Assembly (NCBI GenBank): GCA_902635045.1
Contig: CACPMT010000003.1
Span: forward strand, 7,128 to 71,127
Direction: 5' to 3'
Length of the DNA: 64,000 nucleotides
Origin: an uncultured SAR86 cluster bacterium
GTDB taxonomy: Bacteria > Pseudomonadota > Gammaproteobacteria > Magnimaribacterales > AG-339-G14
Of this stretch, positions 21,302 through 33,686 are shown one piece after another (within the stretch, counting starts at the first letter, position 1; every line of letters begins with the position of its first letter). The position numbers and the translations under genes are program-made. Under the pieces are notes generated by a model. It did not search any database and had not been told where the DNA came from. It worked only from the letters and a program-made list of their open reading frames with translations.

Positions 21302-21763
21302 TTATTCTTCAATAACAAAAAGAGCTTCCCCATATTCAACTGGCTCAGCATCAGAAATTAAGATTTCTTTGATTACTCCGTTGTAATCAGATTTAACCTC
21401 ATTCATCATTTTCATAGCTTCGATAATGCACAACACATCACCCTCAGAAACTTTATCTCCGACTTTTACAAATGGGTCAGCCCCAGGATTCGGAGAGCTG
21501 TAAAAAGTTCCAACCATAGGAGAATTTATACTTTTTCCGTCTATCACTTTGGTTTCGGCTGTTTCAGTAATATCTTCTTTAGTTTCTTTTTCTAAAGCAG
21601 GAGATGCCACTAGCTGAGGTGAGGGAGCAATCGTTTGAGGGGTCTGAAAAGATCCTGCAGATTTTACTAATTTGACTGATTCTTCGCCTTCTTTAATAAC
21701 AATTTCATTCAAAGAAGAATTTTCGAGCATCTCAATTAATTTTTTTACTTTTCTAATATCCAT
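21302..21763 (-). CDS. accB: Biotin carboxyl carrier protein
   Basis: MDIRKVKKLIE, SPMVGTFY, EAMKM. Confidence 0.97.
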   Translation of the reverse strand: MDIRKVKKLIEMLENSSLNEIVIKEGEESVKLVKSAGSFQTPQTIAPSPQLVASPALEKETKEDITETAETKVIDGKSINSPMVGTFYSSPNPGADPFVKVGDKVSEGDVLCIIEAMKMMNEVKSDYNGVIKEILISDAEPVEYGEALFVIEE

Positions 21764-21771
21764 AATAACTC

Positions 21772-22206
21772 CTAGGTTTTTTCCATTGCTAATTTTAAAG
21801 CCGCTTCATATCCTTTATCGCCAAATCCAGAAATAATTCCTAACGCAATATCTGAAAAGTATGATTTTTCTCTGAAACTTTCTCTACCGTATATATTGCT
21901 TATATGAATTTCAATCATTGGAATGTCAACACCTAAAATTGCGTCTCTTAATGCAACACTTGTATGCGTGAAGGCTCCAGGATTAAATAATATGCAAGAA
22001 ACATTATTCTTTTTTGCATTTTGAATTGCATCTACTAATTCGTGTTCAGCATTGCTTTGAAAACAAGAAAGATTAATTGAATTATCTTTAGCTATTTCTT
22101 GAAGATTTGACTCAATTTCCTCTAAAGTAAGCGAACCATAGATTTCCTTTTCTCTATCACCTAAGAGATTTAAATTAGGTCCATTTAACAGAAGAATACT
22201 TTTCAT
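21772..22206 (-). CDS. aroQ: Type II 3-dehydroquinate dehydratase
   Basis: [35 protein letters not shown]. Confidence 0.97.
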   Translation of the reverse strand: MKSILLLNGPNLNLLGDREKEIYGSLTLEEIESNLQEIAKDNSINLSCFQSNAEHELVDAIQNAKKNNVSCILFNPGAFTHTSVALRDAILGVDIPMIEIHISNIYGRESFREKSYFSDIALGIISGFGDKGYEAALKLAMEKT

Positions 22207-22242
22207 CGAATTTAAGAGATTTTTGAGAATTTTAATGATTTT

Positions 22243-22689
22243 TTAAAGAAATTCAAAGAAAATATTTGATTTGTTATCTTTTTTGATTTTAATATTTTTT
22301 GAAATTTTGGGATAACAAATAACTTTTTCTAAGCATCCTTGGTAAGTGAGCATTAAAGATTTGTTGATGTATCTATCCAAGTTTCTTACTAATAAATTCA
22401 AACTATCTCTATATATTAAGCTTTCTCCTAGGAATTCATCTTTAATTTTTAATAACTCTCCTATAGTCTCATAAGAAATATCATTAATACCATCTGTTAA
22501 ACTTAATTGTTCTGAGTATATATAAGATTTCTCATTTATTAATATGGAGATAATTAGATCGTCTTTGAATACACTCGCTGAGAGGTTAAATGAATCTTCA
22601 GAGGATAATATTTCACGAGGAAAAAAATTTTCAGCCGAAATAATAGTGCTCAAGGTTAAGAGTATTAAAGCTATGAATATATTTTTCAT
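22243..22689 (-). CDS. Stand-alone DsbD N-terminal (alpha) domain protein
   Basis: Signal peptide; DEFLGES.IY and YQGCLEKVICYP resemble nDsbD; sits at the dsbD position upstream of aroQ-accBC. Confidence 0.75.
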   Translation of the reverse strand: MKNIFIALILLTLSTIISAENFFPREILSSEDSFNLSASVFKDDLIISILINEKSYIYSEQLSLTDGINDISYETIGELLKIKDEFLGESLIYRDSLNLLVRNLDRYINKSLMLTYQGCLEKVICYPKISKNIKIKKDNKSNIFFEFL

Positions 22690-22785
22690 TGGAATATAAC
22701 TTTTCTTAAATTTGATTGTCTTATAATCTACTCAACTAAATATTCTGATGATAAAGTCCCAAAATAACAATTTATTCTTTTAAAA

Positions 22786-24450
22786 ATGTCAAAAAAACGG
22801 AAATATTCTTCTCCTTTAGTTGATGGACCGCTTCAAGCTACTTCTAGGTCAATGCTGAGGGCAACAGGATTCAATGATGATGATTTTTCTAAACCACAAG
22901 TTGGCGTAGCTTCAACTTGGTCAATGGTTACTCCTTGTAACATGCACATTAACGATCTGGCCTCCTTAATATGTAGTTCTATCAACGATGAAAATTTAAA
23001 GTCTGTACTTTTTAATACGATCACGATCTCTGATGGAATATCAATGGGAACATTAGGAATGAGATATTCTTTAGTTTCAAGAGAAGTAATAGCTGATTCG
23101 ATTGAAACGGTTGTTGAATGTCAGTCATTTGATGGAGTAGTTGCTATTGGCGGATGTGATAAAAATATGCCAGGTTGTTTGATAGGACTTGCAAGACTTA
23201 ATAGACCTTCAATCTTTGTTTACGGCGGATCAATCAAACCTGGCGAAAATCATACAGACTTAGTAACAGTCATGGAAGGCATTGGAAGTTACAGTAGTAA
23301 TAAGATTTCAGAAAAAGAATTAATTGCAATTGAAAAAACTGCCTTACCTGGCCCCGGTTCTTGCGGCGGCATGTACACTGCTAACACTATGGCATCTGCA
23401 ATAGAGGCTCTTGGAATGAGCCTGCCAGGAAGTAGCTCTCAAGATGCCATTTCAAAAGAGAAAAAACTGGACTGTAAGAGTATTGGTAGAGCTATCGACA
23501 ATCTTTTAGAAAAAGATATAAAACCCTCTGACATAATGACGAGAAAAGCATTCGAAAATGCTATTAGAGTTATTATTGCACTTGGAGGATCAACTAATGC
23601 AGTTTTGCATTTAATTGCGATGGCTAAAAGTATCAATGTTGAGCTAAATATTGATGATTTTGAAAAAATAGGAAAAAAAAGTCCGTTACTAGCAGATCTA
23701 AGACCTTCGGGACATTATTTAATGTCTGAATTAAATGAGATAGGAGGAATTCAGCCTTTAATGAAGACTCTGTTGGATGCTGATTTATTACATGGAGATT
23801 GTCTTACAGTCACTGGCAAAACTCTTTACGAGAATCTTAAAGATGTTAAACCATATCCTGAAAATCAAAAAATTATCTTGCCTTTAGATAAACCCATCAA
23901 AAAAGATAGTCATTTGAAAATTTTAAAAGGCAATTTAGCCGAAGAGGGCGCAGTGGCCAAAATAACGGGTAAAGAAGGATTGAGATTTGTTGGAAAAGCA
24001 AAAGTTTTCAATTCAGAAGAAGAAACTTTAGAGGCAATTTATGGTTCAGAAATTAAATCGGGAGATGTAATAGTTGTTAGATATGAAGGTCCAGTAGGAG
24101 GACCAGGTATGCGAGAAATGTTAAAGCCTACGTCAGCTATTATGGGACAGGGATTAGGCGACAAGGTTGCTTTTTTGACTGATGGTAGATTTTCGGGAGG
24201 TTCCCATGGATTTGTTGTTGGACACATAACGCCTGAAGCTGCAACTGGAGGGCTAATAGGTTTGCTAGAAAATGGAGATGAGATAACAATTGATGCAGAA
24301 AAAGGAACTATTGATGCAAATTTAACTGAAGATGAAATTTCTTTAAGGAAGAAAAGTTGGACTAATCCAAAACCAATTCCAAGCAAAGGAGTTCTTTCAA
24401 AGTACGCAAGAAGCGTTAAATCTGCTTCTGAAGGAGCAGTAACGGATTAA
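22786..24450 (+). CDS. ilvD: Dihydroxy-acid dehydratase
   Basis: [40 protein letters not shown]. Confidence 0.97.
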   Translation: MSKKRKYSSPLVDGPLQATSRSMLRATGFNDDDFSKPQVGVASTWSMVTPCNMHINDLASLICSSINDENLKSVLFNTITISDGISMGTLGMRYSLVSREVIADSIETVVECQSFDGVVAIGGCDKNMPGCLIGLARLNRPSIFVYGGSIKPGENHTDLVTVMEGIGSYSSNKISEKELIAIEKTALPGPGSCGGMYTANTMASAIEALGMSLPGSSSQDAISKEKKLDCKSIGRAIDNLLEKDIKPSDIMTRKAFENAIRVIIALGGSTNAVLHLIAMAKSINVELNIDDFEKIGKKSPLLADLRPSGHYLMSELNEIGGIQPLMKTLLDADLLHGDCLTVTGKTLYENLKDVKPYPENQKIILPLDKPIKKDSHLKILKGNLAEEGAVAKITGKEGLRFVGKAKVFNSEEETLEAIYGSEIKSGDVIVVRYEGPVGGPGMREMLKPTSAIMGQGLGDKVAFLTDGRFSGGSHGFVVGHITPEAATGGLIGLLENGDEITIDAEKGTIDANLTEDEISLRKKSWTNPKPIPSKGVLSKYARSVKSASEGAVTD

Positions 24451-24460
24451 TCAATTTAAC

Positions 24461-24488
24461 TTGTAAAAAAAATTTCCTGCCTCATAAT
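24461..24488 (+). promoter_or_regulatory. Putative sigma70 promoter of trxA (leaderless)
   Basis: TTGTAA (24461-66), 16-nt spacer, CATAAT (24483-88), ATG 6 nt later with no SD. Confidence 0.5.
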
Positions 24489-24494
24489 ATTTTT

Positions 24495-24818
24495 ATGACT
24501 AAAACAATTGAGCTTACAGACGATAATTTTGAACAGGAAATTTCTAATACGGACATTCCTATTTTAGTAGATTATTGGGCTGAATGGTGTGGACCTTGTA
24601 AAATGGTAGCTCCAATATTGGAAGAAGTGGCGCAGGATTTAGAAGGGAAATTACTTATAGGTAAAGTTGATGTAGATCAAAATAAAGATTCTGCTTTAAA
24701 ACAAAAAGTAATGAGTATTCCTACATTAGTTTTATTTAAAAACGGGGAGCCTGTTGATCAAAGAATAGGCGCATTAACAAAAACACAATTAGAGGATTTT
24801 TTAAGCCAACATATTTAA
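24495..24818 (+). CDS. trxA: Thioredoxin 1
   Basis: WCGPC; trxA-rho synteny. Confidence 0.96.
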   Translation: MTKTIELTDDNFEQEISNTDIPILVDYWAEWCGPCKMVAPILEEVAQDLEGKLLIGKVDVDQNKDSALKQKVMSIPTLVLFKNGEPVDQRIGALTKTQLEDFLSQHI

Positions 24819-24841
24819 CTAGTTAAGCTAGACTAGTTTTT
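24817..24841 (+). terminator. Hairpin plus T-run between trxA and rho
   Basis: AACTAGT-taagctag-ACTAGTT followed by TTT. Confidence 0.35.
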
Positions 24842-24915
24842 CAATAGATGTTTAAATACGTTTCTTAGCTTACCGCTAACAACTTCCAGACTTCATTTTA
24901 ATTTATAAAAAAAGT

Positions 24916-26178
24916 ATGCATTTAGGCGAACTTAAAGCAAAACCCATAGACGAACTTCTCTCTATTGCTGGAGAGATGGGCATTGAAAATATTGCTAGGT
25001 CTAAAAAACAAGACGTAATTTTTAGCATCTTAAAAAAACATTCTAAGTCTGGTGAGGATATAGAAGGAGAAGGGGTATTAGAGATTTTGAACGATGGGTT
25101 CGGATTTTTAAGGTCTCCGACTGGATCCTATGTTGCTGGACCAGATGATATTTATGTTTCTCCTAGTCAAATTAGACGTTTTGGCTTGAAAACTGGAGAT
25201 TCAATATCTGGAAAGATTAGGCCTCCGAAAGACGGAGAAAGATACTTTGCTCTGTTAAAAATAGATCTTATTAATTTTGAAGCAACAGACAAGACAAAAA
25301 CAAAAATTGCTTTCGAAAATTTAACTCCATTATTTCCAGAAGAGAGAATTGTTATGGAATCCGGCAACGGAACTACAGAAGATTTATCAGCAAGAATTAT
25401 TGACTTAATATCACCAACTGGAAAGGGACAGAGGGGGCTAATTGTCTCTCCGCCTAAGGCTGGAAAAACTTTATTGCTTCAAAGCATTGCTCATTCAATT
25501 GAAAAAAATAGCCCTGAAAGCACTTTAATGGTTTTACTAATCGATGAAAGGCCTGAAGAAGTTACAGACATGATTAGAACAGTCAAAGGAGAAGTTATAG
25601 CTAGTACTTTTGATGAGCCTCCTTCGAGACATGTTCAAGTAGCAGAAATGGCAATTGCTAAAGCTAAAAGATTAGTCGAGACAGGAAATGACGTAATAAT
25701 ATTACTAGACTCGATTACTCGTTTAGGAAGAGCTTATAATTCTACGCAGGCTTCATCTGGAAAAATATTAACTGGTGGGGTGGACGCAAACGCTCTTGAA
25801 AAGCCAAAAAGATTTTTTGGTGCGGCCAGAAATATCGAAGGTGGCGGCAGTTTAACGATTATAGCTACAGCACTTATAGATACCGGTTCTAGAATGGATG
25901 AAGTTATCTATGAAGAATTTAAAGGAACCGGAAATCAAGAAATCCACTTAGACAGAGCCATTGCTGAAAAAAGAATTTTCCCTTCTATCAATATAAGAAG
26001 ATCTGGAACCAGGCGAGAAGAATTAATTACAGAAGAGGTTGATTTAGCCAGGATAAATATTTTGAGAAAACTTTTACATGACATGGAAGATATAAATGCC
26101 ACCGAGTGGTTAATAGATAAATTAAGAAAGCATAAAACTAATAACGAGTTTTTTGATTCTATGAAAAAATCAAAATAA
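24916..26178 (+). CDS. rho: Transcription termination factor Rho
   Basis: [38 protein letters not shown]. Confidence 0.98.
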   Translation: MHLGELKAKPIDELLSIAGEMGIENIARSKKQDVIFSILKKHSKSGEDIEGEGVLEILNDGFGFLRSPTGSYVAGPDDIYVSPSQIRRFGLKTGDSISGKIRPPKDGERYFALLKIDLINFEATDKTKTKIAFENLTPLFPEERIVMESGNGTTEDLSARIIDLISPTGKGQRGLIVSPPKAGKTLLLQSIAHSIEKNSPESTLMVLLIDERPEEVTDMIRTVKGEVIASTFDEPPSRHVQVAEMAIAKAKRLVETGNDVIILLDSITRLGRAYNSTQASSGKILTGGVDANALEKPKRFFGAARNIEGGGSLTIIATALIDTGSRMDEVIYEEFKGTGNQEIHLDRAIAEKRIFPSINIRRSGTRREELITEEVDLARINILRKLLHDMEDINATEWLIDKLRKHKTNNEFFDSMKKSK

Positions 26179-26736
26179 GTTCCTTATTAATCTGTATGAT
26201 TTTCCACCAAAACTCTTTTCTCTAATAATCTCTTGACCTTTCAAAAGAAAATCCATTTTTAAATTTTTTTCAGTTTCTAAATAGACGATTGTCTTTTTAT
26301 CCAAATAGTTATTTTTTTTTAAAAGTTTAAAGATCTTTTTTGCGAGACCGTTTTTAAATGGAGGATCTACAAAAATAATATCTATTTTTTCCCCGGAGTA
26401 GGGTTTTTTTAACCAATCCAAACAATCGGCATTATGTAGTTCTATTTTTTGATCTATATCAAATGAAGATAAATTTTCATTTAAATTTAAAAAAGTTTTA
26501 ATATCTTTTTCAACAAAAAAAACTTTTTTAGAACCTCTGGATAAAGATTCTAGGCCCATCGCTCCAGTTCCTGAAAATAAATCTAAACATGTACAGTCAA
26601 AAAGATCTTGACCAAGCCAATTGAAAATCATTTCTTTTGCTCTGTCTGGAGTAGGTCTTAAATTAGAATCTAAATTAAAAGGTATTTTTTTTCCTTTCCA
26701 TTTTCCTCCAATAATTCTTACTTTTCCTGTTTTCAT
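26170..26736 (-). CDS. rsmD: 16S rRNA m2G966 methyltransferase
   Basis: [24 protein letters not shown]. Confidence 0.95.
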   Translation of the reverse strand: MKTGKVRIIGGKWKGKKIPFNLDSNLRPTPDRAKEMIFNWLGQDLFDCTCLDLFSGTGAMGLESLSRGSKKVFFVEKDIKTFLNLNENLSSFDIDQKIELHNADCLDWLKKPYSGEKIDIIFVDPPFKNGLAKKIFKLLKKNNYLDKKTIVYLETEKNLKMDFLLKGQEIIREKSFGGKSYRLIRNLF

Positions 26737-26794
26737 TTAATTAATTTAAGTTATTTTTTCGTGACATAATAACTGATCTAATTTAAATGATTCC

Positions 26795-27250
26795 ATGGAA
26801 AAAGAATTTTTAGAAATATTGAGAACATTATCTCAAACGGTTTTTGTTTTATCTGCCGATAATGAAAAAGAAAGGCACGCAATGACAGTCTCTTCTGTAG
26901 CATCTTTAAGTTTAGATCCTCCATCTGTAATGGTTGGAGTAAATAAAGAAGCGTCAATAAATAACGTTTTGCAAAAGGGCTCAAATTTTTGTTTAAATCT
27001 TTTAAAAAACTCTCAAAGAAAAATTGCGGATACTTGCAGTGGAGTAGAAGAGGGCGAAGAGCGATTTAAAAATGATCCTTGGATCTCAAATAATCCAGTT
27101 TTTCTGAAAGAAGCACAATCCAATATTTTTTGCAAAGTCGTAGAAATTATTCCCTTTTCAACTCATTCAATAGTTGTTGGAGAGGTTTTTAAGCTAAATC
27201 ATTCAGGAAAAATAGAACCATTGATTTATCAGAATGGTAATTATGTTTGA
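26795..27250 (+). CDS. Flavin reductase family protein
   Basis: MTVSSVASLSLDPP, THSIVVGEV, PLIY. Confidence 0.88.
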   Translation: MEKEFLEILRTLSQTVFVLSADNEKERHAMTVSSVASLSLDPPSVMVGVNKEASINNVLQKGSNFCLNLLKNSQRKIADTCSGVEEGEERFKNDPWISNNPVFLKEAQSNIFCKVVEIIPFSTHSIVVGEVFKLNHSGKIEPLIYQNGNYV

Positions 27251-27444
27251 TTGCATTCTTTTTTAACGCAAACCCATTTTTCTTCTATTTTTTCTGCCTT
27301 CGAAATCTCAATATAAGTTGAACAAATTGAACACTTCACTAAAGAACTGCTTGATTCATTGATATCAAGTTCCTCATTTCTTAAAAAATACGATATTGAA
27401 AGAATAAGCAAAACAAATAATGAAATTAGGATAAGGTTTAACAC
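27241..27444 (-). CDS. Small membrane-anchored Cys-rich protein (PP0621-like, probable Zn finger)
   Basis: N-terminal TM helix then LVKCSICSTYI...WVC...C; located downstream of bamD. Confidence 0.6.
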   Translation of the reverse strand: MLNLILISLFVLLILSISYFLRNEELDINESSSSLVKCSICSTYIEISKAEKIEEKWVCVKKECNQT

Positions 27445-27457
27445 TTTTATGATCTGC

Positions 27458-28228
27458 TTAACTTGGATTTAGATTTTTTTTAAATGTAATCAGAGCCTCC
27501 TCAACGTCTTTTTTTAAAACGTCTTGTCCTAATTCTTCATAGGCAATAATCATTATTTCAAGAGCTCTTTCTACCTGAGGAGTTTTTGGCATATGCTTTA
27601 AAACGTAGTCTGCTCTCGTAAGAGCTGCAACAAAAGCTTTTCTCTCCAGATAGAACTCTGCAACGTAAATCTCTTGTTTAGCAATCAAATTTCTCAAATA
27701 GATCATCCTTTGTTTAGCATTTCCTGCATATTCACTTTCTGGAAATCTAGTAATGAAGTCACTTAAATCTTCAAACGATTCTTTGGCTTCTGCGAGCTCT
27801 CTTTTATGCGTCATTTCGCCTAAGAAAGGGGCGCTTGCAAATAAATCTTTATCATTGTTGAACTTAGCAAGTCCTTTTATATAGTAAGCATAATCAACGT
27901 TAGGGTGTCTTGGGTGCAAGCTTATAAATCTCTCGGCTGCCAATATAGCTTGCTCATAATTTACGCTTTTGTAATAAGCGTAAACAAGCTCAATTTGTGC
28001 TTGTTCTGCATACTTACCAAAAGGAAATCTTTTTTCGAGAGTTTCCAGAGTCAAAATTGCTGAAACAAAATTTTTAGTTTTTAATCTTCTCTGGGCTTGA
28101 TCATATAGTCTTTTCTCAGCAATGTCCTCGGTTATAACTTCTTGATCGGAAGCGCAGCTTGTAAAAAAAACTGAAGTTAGTAGAGCAAGAGCAAGAACTA
28201 AAATATTTAGTTTTTTAAAATGTTTCAT
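27458..28228 (-). CDS. bamD: Outer membrane protein assembly factor BamD
   Basis: Lipobox, PFGKYAEQAQ, HPRHPNVDYAYY; divergent from rluD. Confidence 0.95.
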   Translation of the reverse strand: MKHFKKLNILVLALALLTSVFFTSCASDQEVITEDIAEKRLYDQAQRRLKTKNFVSAILTLETLEKRFPFGKYAEQAQIELVYAYYKSVNYEQAILAAERFISLHPRHPNVDYAYYIKGLAKFNNDKDLFASAPFLGEMTHKRELAEAKESFEDLSDFITRFPESEYAGNAKQRMIYLRNLIAKQEIYVAEFYLERKAFVAALTRADYVLKHMPKTPQVERALEIMIIAYEELGQDVLKKDVEEALITFKKNLNPS

Positions 28229-28268
28229 AAATTTAGATTATCCTATGTAGGAGATTATATATTTGATA

Positions 28269-29213
28269 ATGGAAAATTATGTAATAAAAATAGTTCCTTC
28301 GGATCATTCAGGTCAAAGACTAGACTCAGTAATTGCTAAGTTATTTCCAGATTTTTCGAGATCTAAATTAAAAAATTGGCTAGATTCAGGTTCAGTCTTT
28401 GTAAACGATGACCCTCTAATGAAGCCTAGCAAAAAAGTTACCGGTGGTGAGGAAATAAAAATCTTCATTAAGGAAGAAAGAATAATTTCTGCAGAACCTC
28501 AAGATATTCCATTCGAAGTTATTCATGAATCGAAAGATTTCATAGTTGTGAACAAAAGTGCCGGCATGGTGGTCCATCCGGGAGCAGGAAACTATAAAAA
28601 TACTTTATTAAACGCTCTTTTGTTTAAATTTCCAGAGTTAGAAAATCTTCCAAGAGCTGGAATTGTCCACCGATTAGATAAAGATACCTCGGGTTTAATG
28701 ATTGTTGCTCGAAACCAAAATGCTTACAAAAACTTGTCTGAGCAAATTTCACAAAGGTTGGTCAAGAGAACTTATCAGGCCTTTGTAGTCGGAAATGTTT
28801 CCAGATCAGGAATAGTTGAAGAACCCATAGGTAGACATCCGCGCAATCGACAAAAGCAAGCTGTTACAAATAAAGGAAAATATGCATTGACCAAATACTC
28901 CATTGTAAAAAAATATGGAAATTACACACATTTAGAAGTTAATTTAGAAACTGGAAGAACGCATCAAATTCGTGTTCACATGAGTCATATCGGGTTTCCT
29001 CTTATTGGCGACGTTCTTTACGGCAGGAAAAAGAGATTTGCTAAATCAACTAATTCTGACCTGAGAGAAGTAATTGAAAAATTTCCACGCCAAGCTTTAC
29101 ATGCTTCTAATCTATCTTTTGAAGATGCAAGCAATAAAAAGGTTTTGAATTTTAAAAGTCCATTGTCTAAAGATATATTAACTTTAGAAAAGAACTTAAA
29201 AAACTTAACTTGA
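28269..29213 (+). CDS. rluD: 23S rRNA pseudouridine synthase RluD
   Basis: S4 domain RLD..., VHRLDKDTSG, TGRTHQIRVH, RQALHA. Confidence 0.93.
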   Translation: MENYVIKIVPSDHSGQRLDSVIAKLFPDFSRSKLKNWLDSGSVFVNDDPLMKPSKKVTGGEEIKIFIKEERIISAEPQDIPFEVIHESKDFIVVNKSAGMVVHPGAGNYKNTLLNALLFKFPELENLPRAGIVHRLDKDTSGLMIVARNQNAYKNLSEQISQRLVKRTYQAFVVGNVSRSGIVEEPIGRHPRNRQKQAVTNKGKYALTKYSIVKKYGNYTHLEVNLETGRTHQIRVHMSHIGFPLIGDVLYGRKKRFAKSTNSDLREVIEKFPRQALHASNLSFEDASNKKVLNFKSPLSKDILTLEKNLKNLT

Positions 29214-29220
29214 ATTTCTC

Positions 29221-29248
29221 TTGACTTGGGATAAAGGGGTGTCAAAAT
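29221..29248 (+). promoter_or_regulatory. Putative promoter of the ilvIHC operon
   Basis: TTGACT (29221-26) and TGtCAAAAT extended -10-like element; TTGAC/GTCAA also form an inverted repeat. Confidence 0.4.
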
Positions 29249-29288
29249 TCGGTTCCTTGTAACGTTTTCAACTATTTTGTGATTGTAA

Positions 29289-31027
29289 ATGGATAAAAAT
29301 ATGACTTCTGGTGGAGAAGCCCTAATTAGGGCGCTGTCAGATGAAAAAATAGATATTATTTTCGGTTATCCGGGTGGCGCTGCTTTGCATATTTATGATG
29401 CAATTTACCAACAAGATAAGGTCCAGCATATTTTAGTTAGACATGAGCAAGCAGCAGTTCATGCAGCAGATGGATTTGCGAGAGCTACCGGTAAAACTGG
29501 TGTTGCCTTAGTGACGTCAGGTCCAGGAGCTACAAATGCCATTACAGGTATCGCAACGGCTTATATGGATTCAATTCCTTTAGTTGTTATTTCAGGACAA
29601 GTAGCCAGTCATTTAATTGGAACTGATGCTTTTCAGGAAACGGACATGATTGGTATTTCAAGACCAATTGTTAAGCATAGTTTTTTAGTACAAAGCGCCG
29701 AAGAAATTCCAGCAATAGTAAAAAAGGCTTTTCACATTGCTTCCTCAGGTAGGCCGGGACCAGTAGTTATTGACGTTCCAAAGGATATGACCGACCCTAA
29801 AGTTGAGTTTGAATATAAATTTCCAAAGGATCTTTATTTAAGATCCTATCCAATTTTAGGTGAAGCAGATCAAACAGAAGTATCTGAGGCAGTCAAAATG
29901 CTCAAGACAGCTAAAAAACCAGTTATTTATTCTGGTGGTGGCGTCATTCAATCAGACGCTTCACAAGAGTTAGTGAATTTATCCAAAATGATTGGGGCCC
30001 CAGTTACAAACACTTTGATGGGTTTAGGGGCATTCCCTGCAACGGATAATCAATTTGTTGGTATGTTAGGGATGCATGGCACTTATGAAGCTAACATGGT
30101 TATGAGCGAAGCAGATCTAATTTTTAATGTTGGCGCAAGATTTGATGACAGAATCACCAACAACCCAAAAAAGTTTGGTCTAGAAGCAAAAAAAATTCAC
30201 ATAGACTCTGATCCATCTTCTATAGATAAAATTATTAATGTCGATGTTGCTTTACAAGGCGATGCGAAACTTGTGTTATCGCAACTTTGTAAAGAATTTG
30301 AGAACTCCGAATTAGCAAATACAAATCTTAAACCTTGGTGGGATCAAATTAATGAGTGGAAAGAAAAACATGGTCTGAATCACGATATGTTAAATTTAGA
30401 AAACCAGAAAGATATTATTCTTCCGCAACAAGTAATTCAGTCGCTCTATAAAGTTACAAAGGGCGAAGCATTTATAACTTCTGACGTTGGGCAACACCAA
30501 ATGTTTGCTGCTCAATATTACAAATTTGATGAACCAAGAAAATGGATAAACTCTGGAGGTCTTGGAACTATGGGATTTGGGCTGCCCTCTGCGATGGGCG
30601 TTAAATTCGCTTTTCCAGACGCAGATGTAGCTTGCGTTACTGGAGAGGGAAGTATTCAGATGTGTATTCAAGAGCTTTCTACCTGCAGTCAATATGGACT
30701 TCCTGTAAAAATTATAAATCTTAACAATAGGGCATTGGGCATGGTCAAGCAATGGCAAGATATGCAATACGGAGGTAGATATTCAAGTATTTCTTACGAA
30801 GATTCTCTTCCTGATTTTGTTAAATTAGCCGAATCTTTTGGACATGTAGGTTTGAAGGTAGAAAAGTTTTCTGAATTGAATGCTGCCATGGAGGAAGCTT
30901 TCTCACTTAAAGATAAATTGGTTTTTTTAGACGTTCTAATTGATCCAGACGAGCATGTTTATCCGATGTTAGAAGCCGGGGGCTCAATGTCAGAAATGAG
31001 AATCAGCAAAAAAGACAAAACCTTCTA

Positions 31028-31028
<1 letters not shown>
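29289..31028 (+). CDS. ilvI: Acetolactate synthase large subunit
   Basis: FGYPGGA, RHEQ, DVGQHQM, SGGLGTMGFG, TGEGS...NN ThDP motif. Confidence 0.95.
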
Positions 31029-32586
<1,558 letters not shown>

Positions 32587-32604
32587 TAAGTATTTTTTAA
32601 AAAG

Positions 32605-33477
32605 ATGACTTTTTTGGATGGAGCCTTGGGCAGCATTCTTCTTCACCGAGCAAATAAATCATCTACAGGCTTATGGTCGGCACAATTTTTGCTTAATGAT
32701 CCCGCTGCCATTACAAAGCTTTATGAAGAATACGTGAGCATTGGCTCAGACTTGATAACGACCAATACCTACTCAACTATTCCAAGTTATTTGGATAAAG
32801 AAAATATTTCTACTCAAATGTCAGAACTTATTGATATTGCTGGCAGGCTCGCAAGAGAAGTTGCCGATAAACACGAAAACGTAAGAGTCGCGGGATCGCT
32901 TCCTCCTTTAGAAGAGAGTTACAGGCCCGATTTAGTTTTAGATGAAACCAAAGCTTTACCAATTTATAAAACTTTAATAGAGGGGCTCTTGCCCTATGTA
33001 GATATTTTTTTATGTGAGACCATTTCATCAATTCAAGAAACCAAAAATGTTTTAAAGGCTTTAGATCTGCACAATAAAAATATTCCTACTTGGCTTTCAT
33101 GGACCCTCAAAGAAGATAAAAAAAATGTTTTGCGAAGTGGGGAATCAATCGAAGAGGCTTTTGTTTTTGCAGAGCAATATAATCCTGAGGCTTATTTATT
33201 CAACTGCACAGATCCCAATGCTATTTCATCTGGTATAGATGTATTGCGAAATCTTACTGATAAACCAATTGGGGGTTACCCCAATGTTTTTTCTGTTCCT
33301 GATGGTTGGACTTTGGATAATGATGTCGAGACACTTAAAAGTGATTTGACTAAGGAAAGTTTTTCAAGCTTTTGTCAAGTTTGGCAGGAAAAGGGCGCAT
33401 CCATTTTTGGCGGTTGTTGTGGCATTGGTCCAGAACTTATGGCTGATATGATTGCGACACTGAAGCAGCAAAATTAA
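32605..33477 (+). CDS. Homocysteine S-methyltransferase family protein
   Basis: LDGA.G, TTNTY, GSLPP, FNC and GGCCG Zn ligands. Confidence 0.9.
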   Translation: MTFLDGALGSILLHRANKSSTGLWSAQFLLNDPAAITKLYEEYVSIGSDLITTNTYSTIPSYLDKENISTQMSELIDIAGRLAREVADKHENVRVAGSLPPLEESYRPDLVLDETKALPIYKTLIEGLLPYVDIFLCETISSIQETKNVLKALDLHNKNIPTWLSWTLKEDKKNVLRSGESIEEAFVFAEQYNPEAYLFNCTDPNAISSGIDVLRNLTDKPIGGYPNVFSVPDGWTLDNDVETLKSDLTKESFSSFCQVWQEKGASIFGGCCGIGPELMADMIATLKQQN

Positions 33478-33532
33478 ATTTTCGCTTACTATCTAAATCT
33501 ATTTCTTGTACTATTGTCGTCCCATTTGTAAT

Positions 33533-33609
<77 letters not shown>

Positions 33610-33686
33610 TTTTTTTCAATTTTGATACAAAAAGTTTCTTCTTAGACACGTTTACATTAATTTTTTCAAGTAAAATTTTCACTGTT

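Noticed and set aside
24815-24838. Resemblance to the trp operator (AACTAGTTAA..CTAG)
   Set aside because: Spacing does not fit and the context (trxA-rho) is unrelated; better explained as a hairpin.
29214-29288. ilv attenuator or leader peptide
   Set aside because: Only 75 nt, with no Leu/Ile/Val-rich mini-ORF or terminator.
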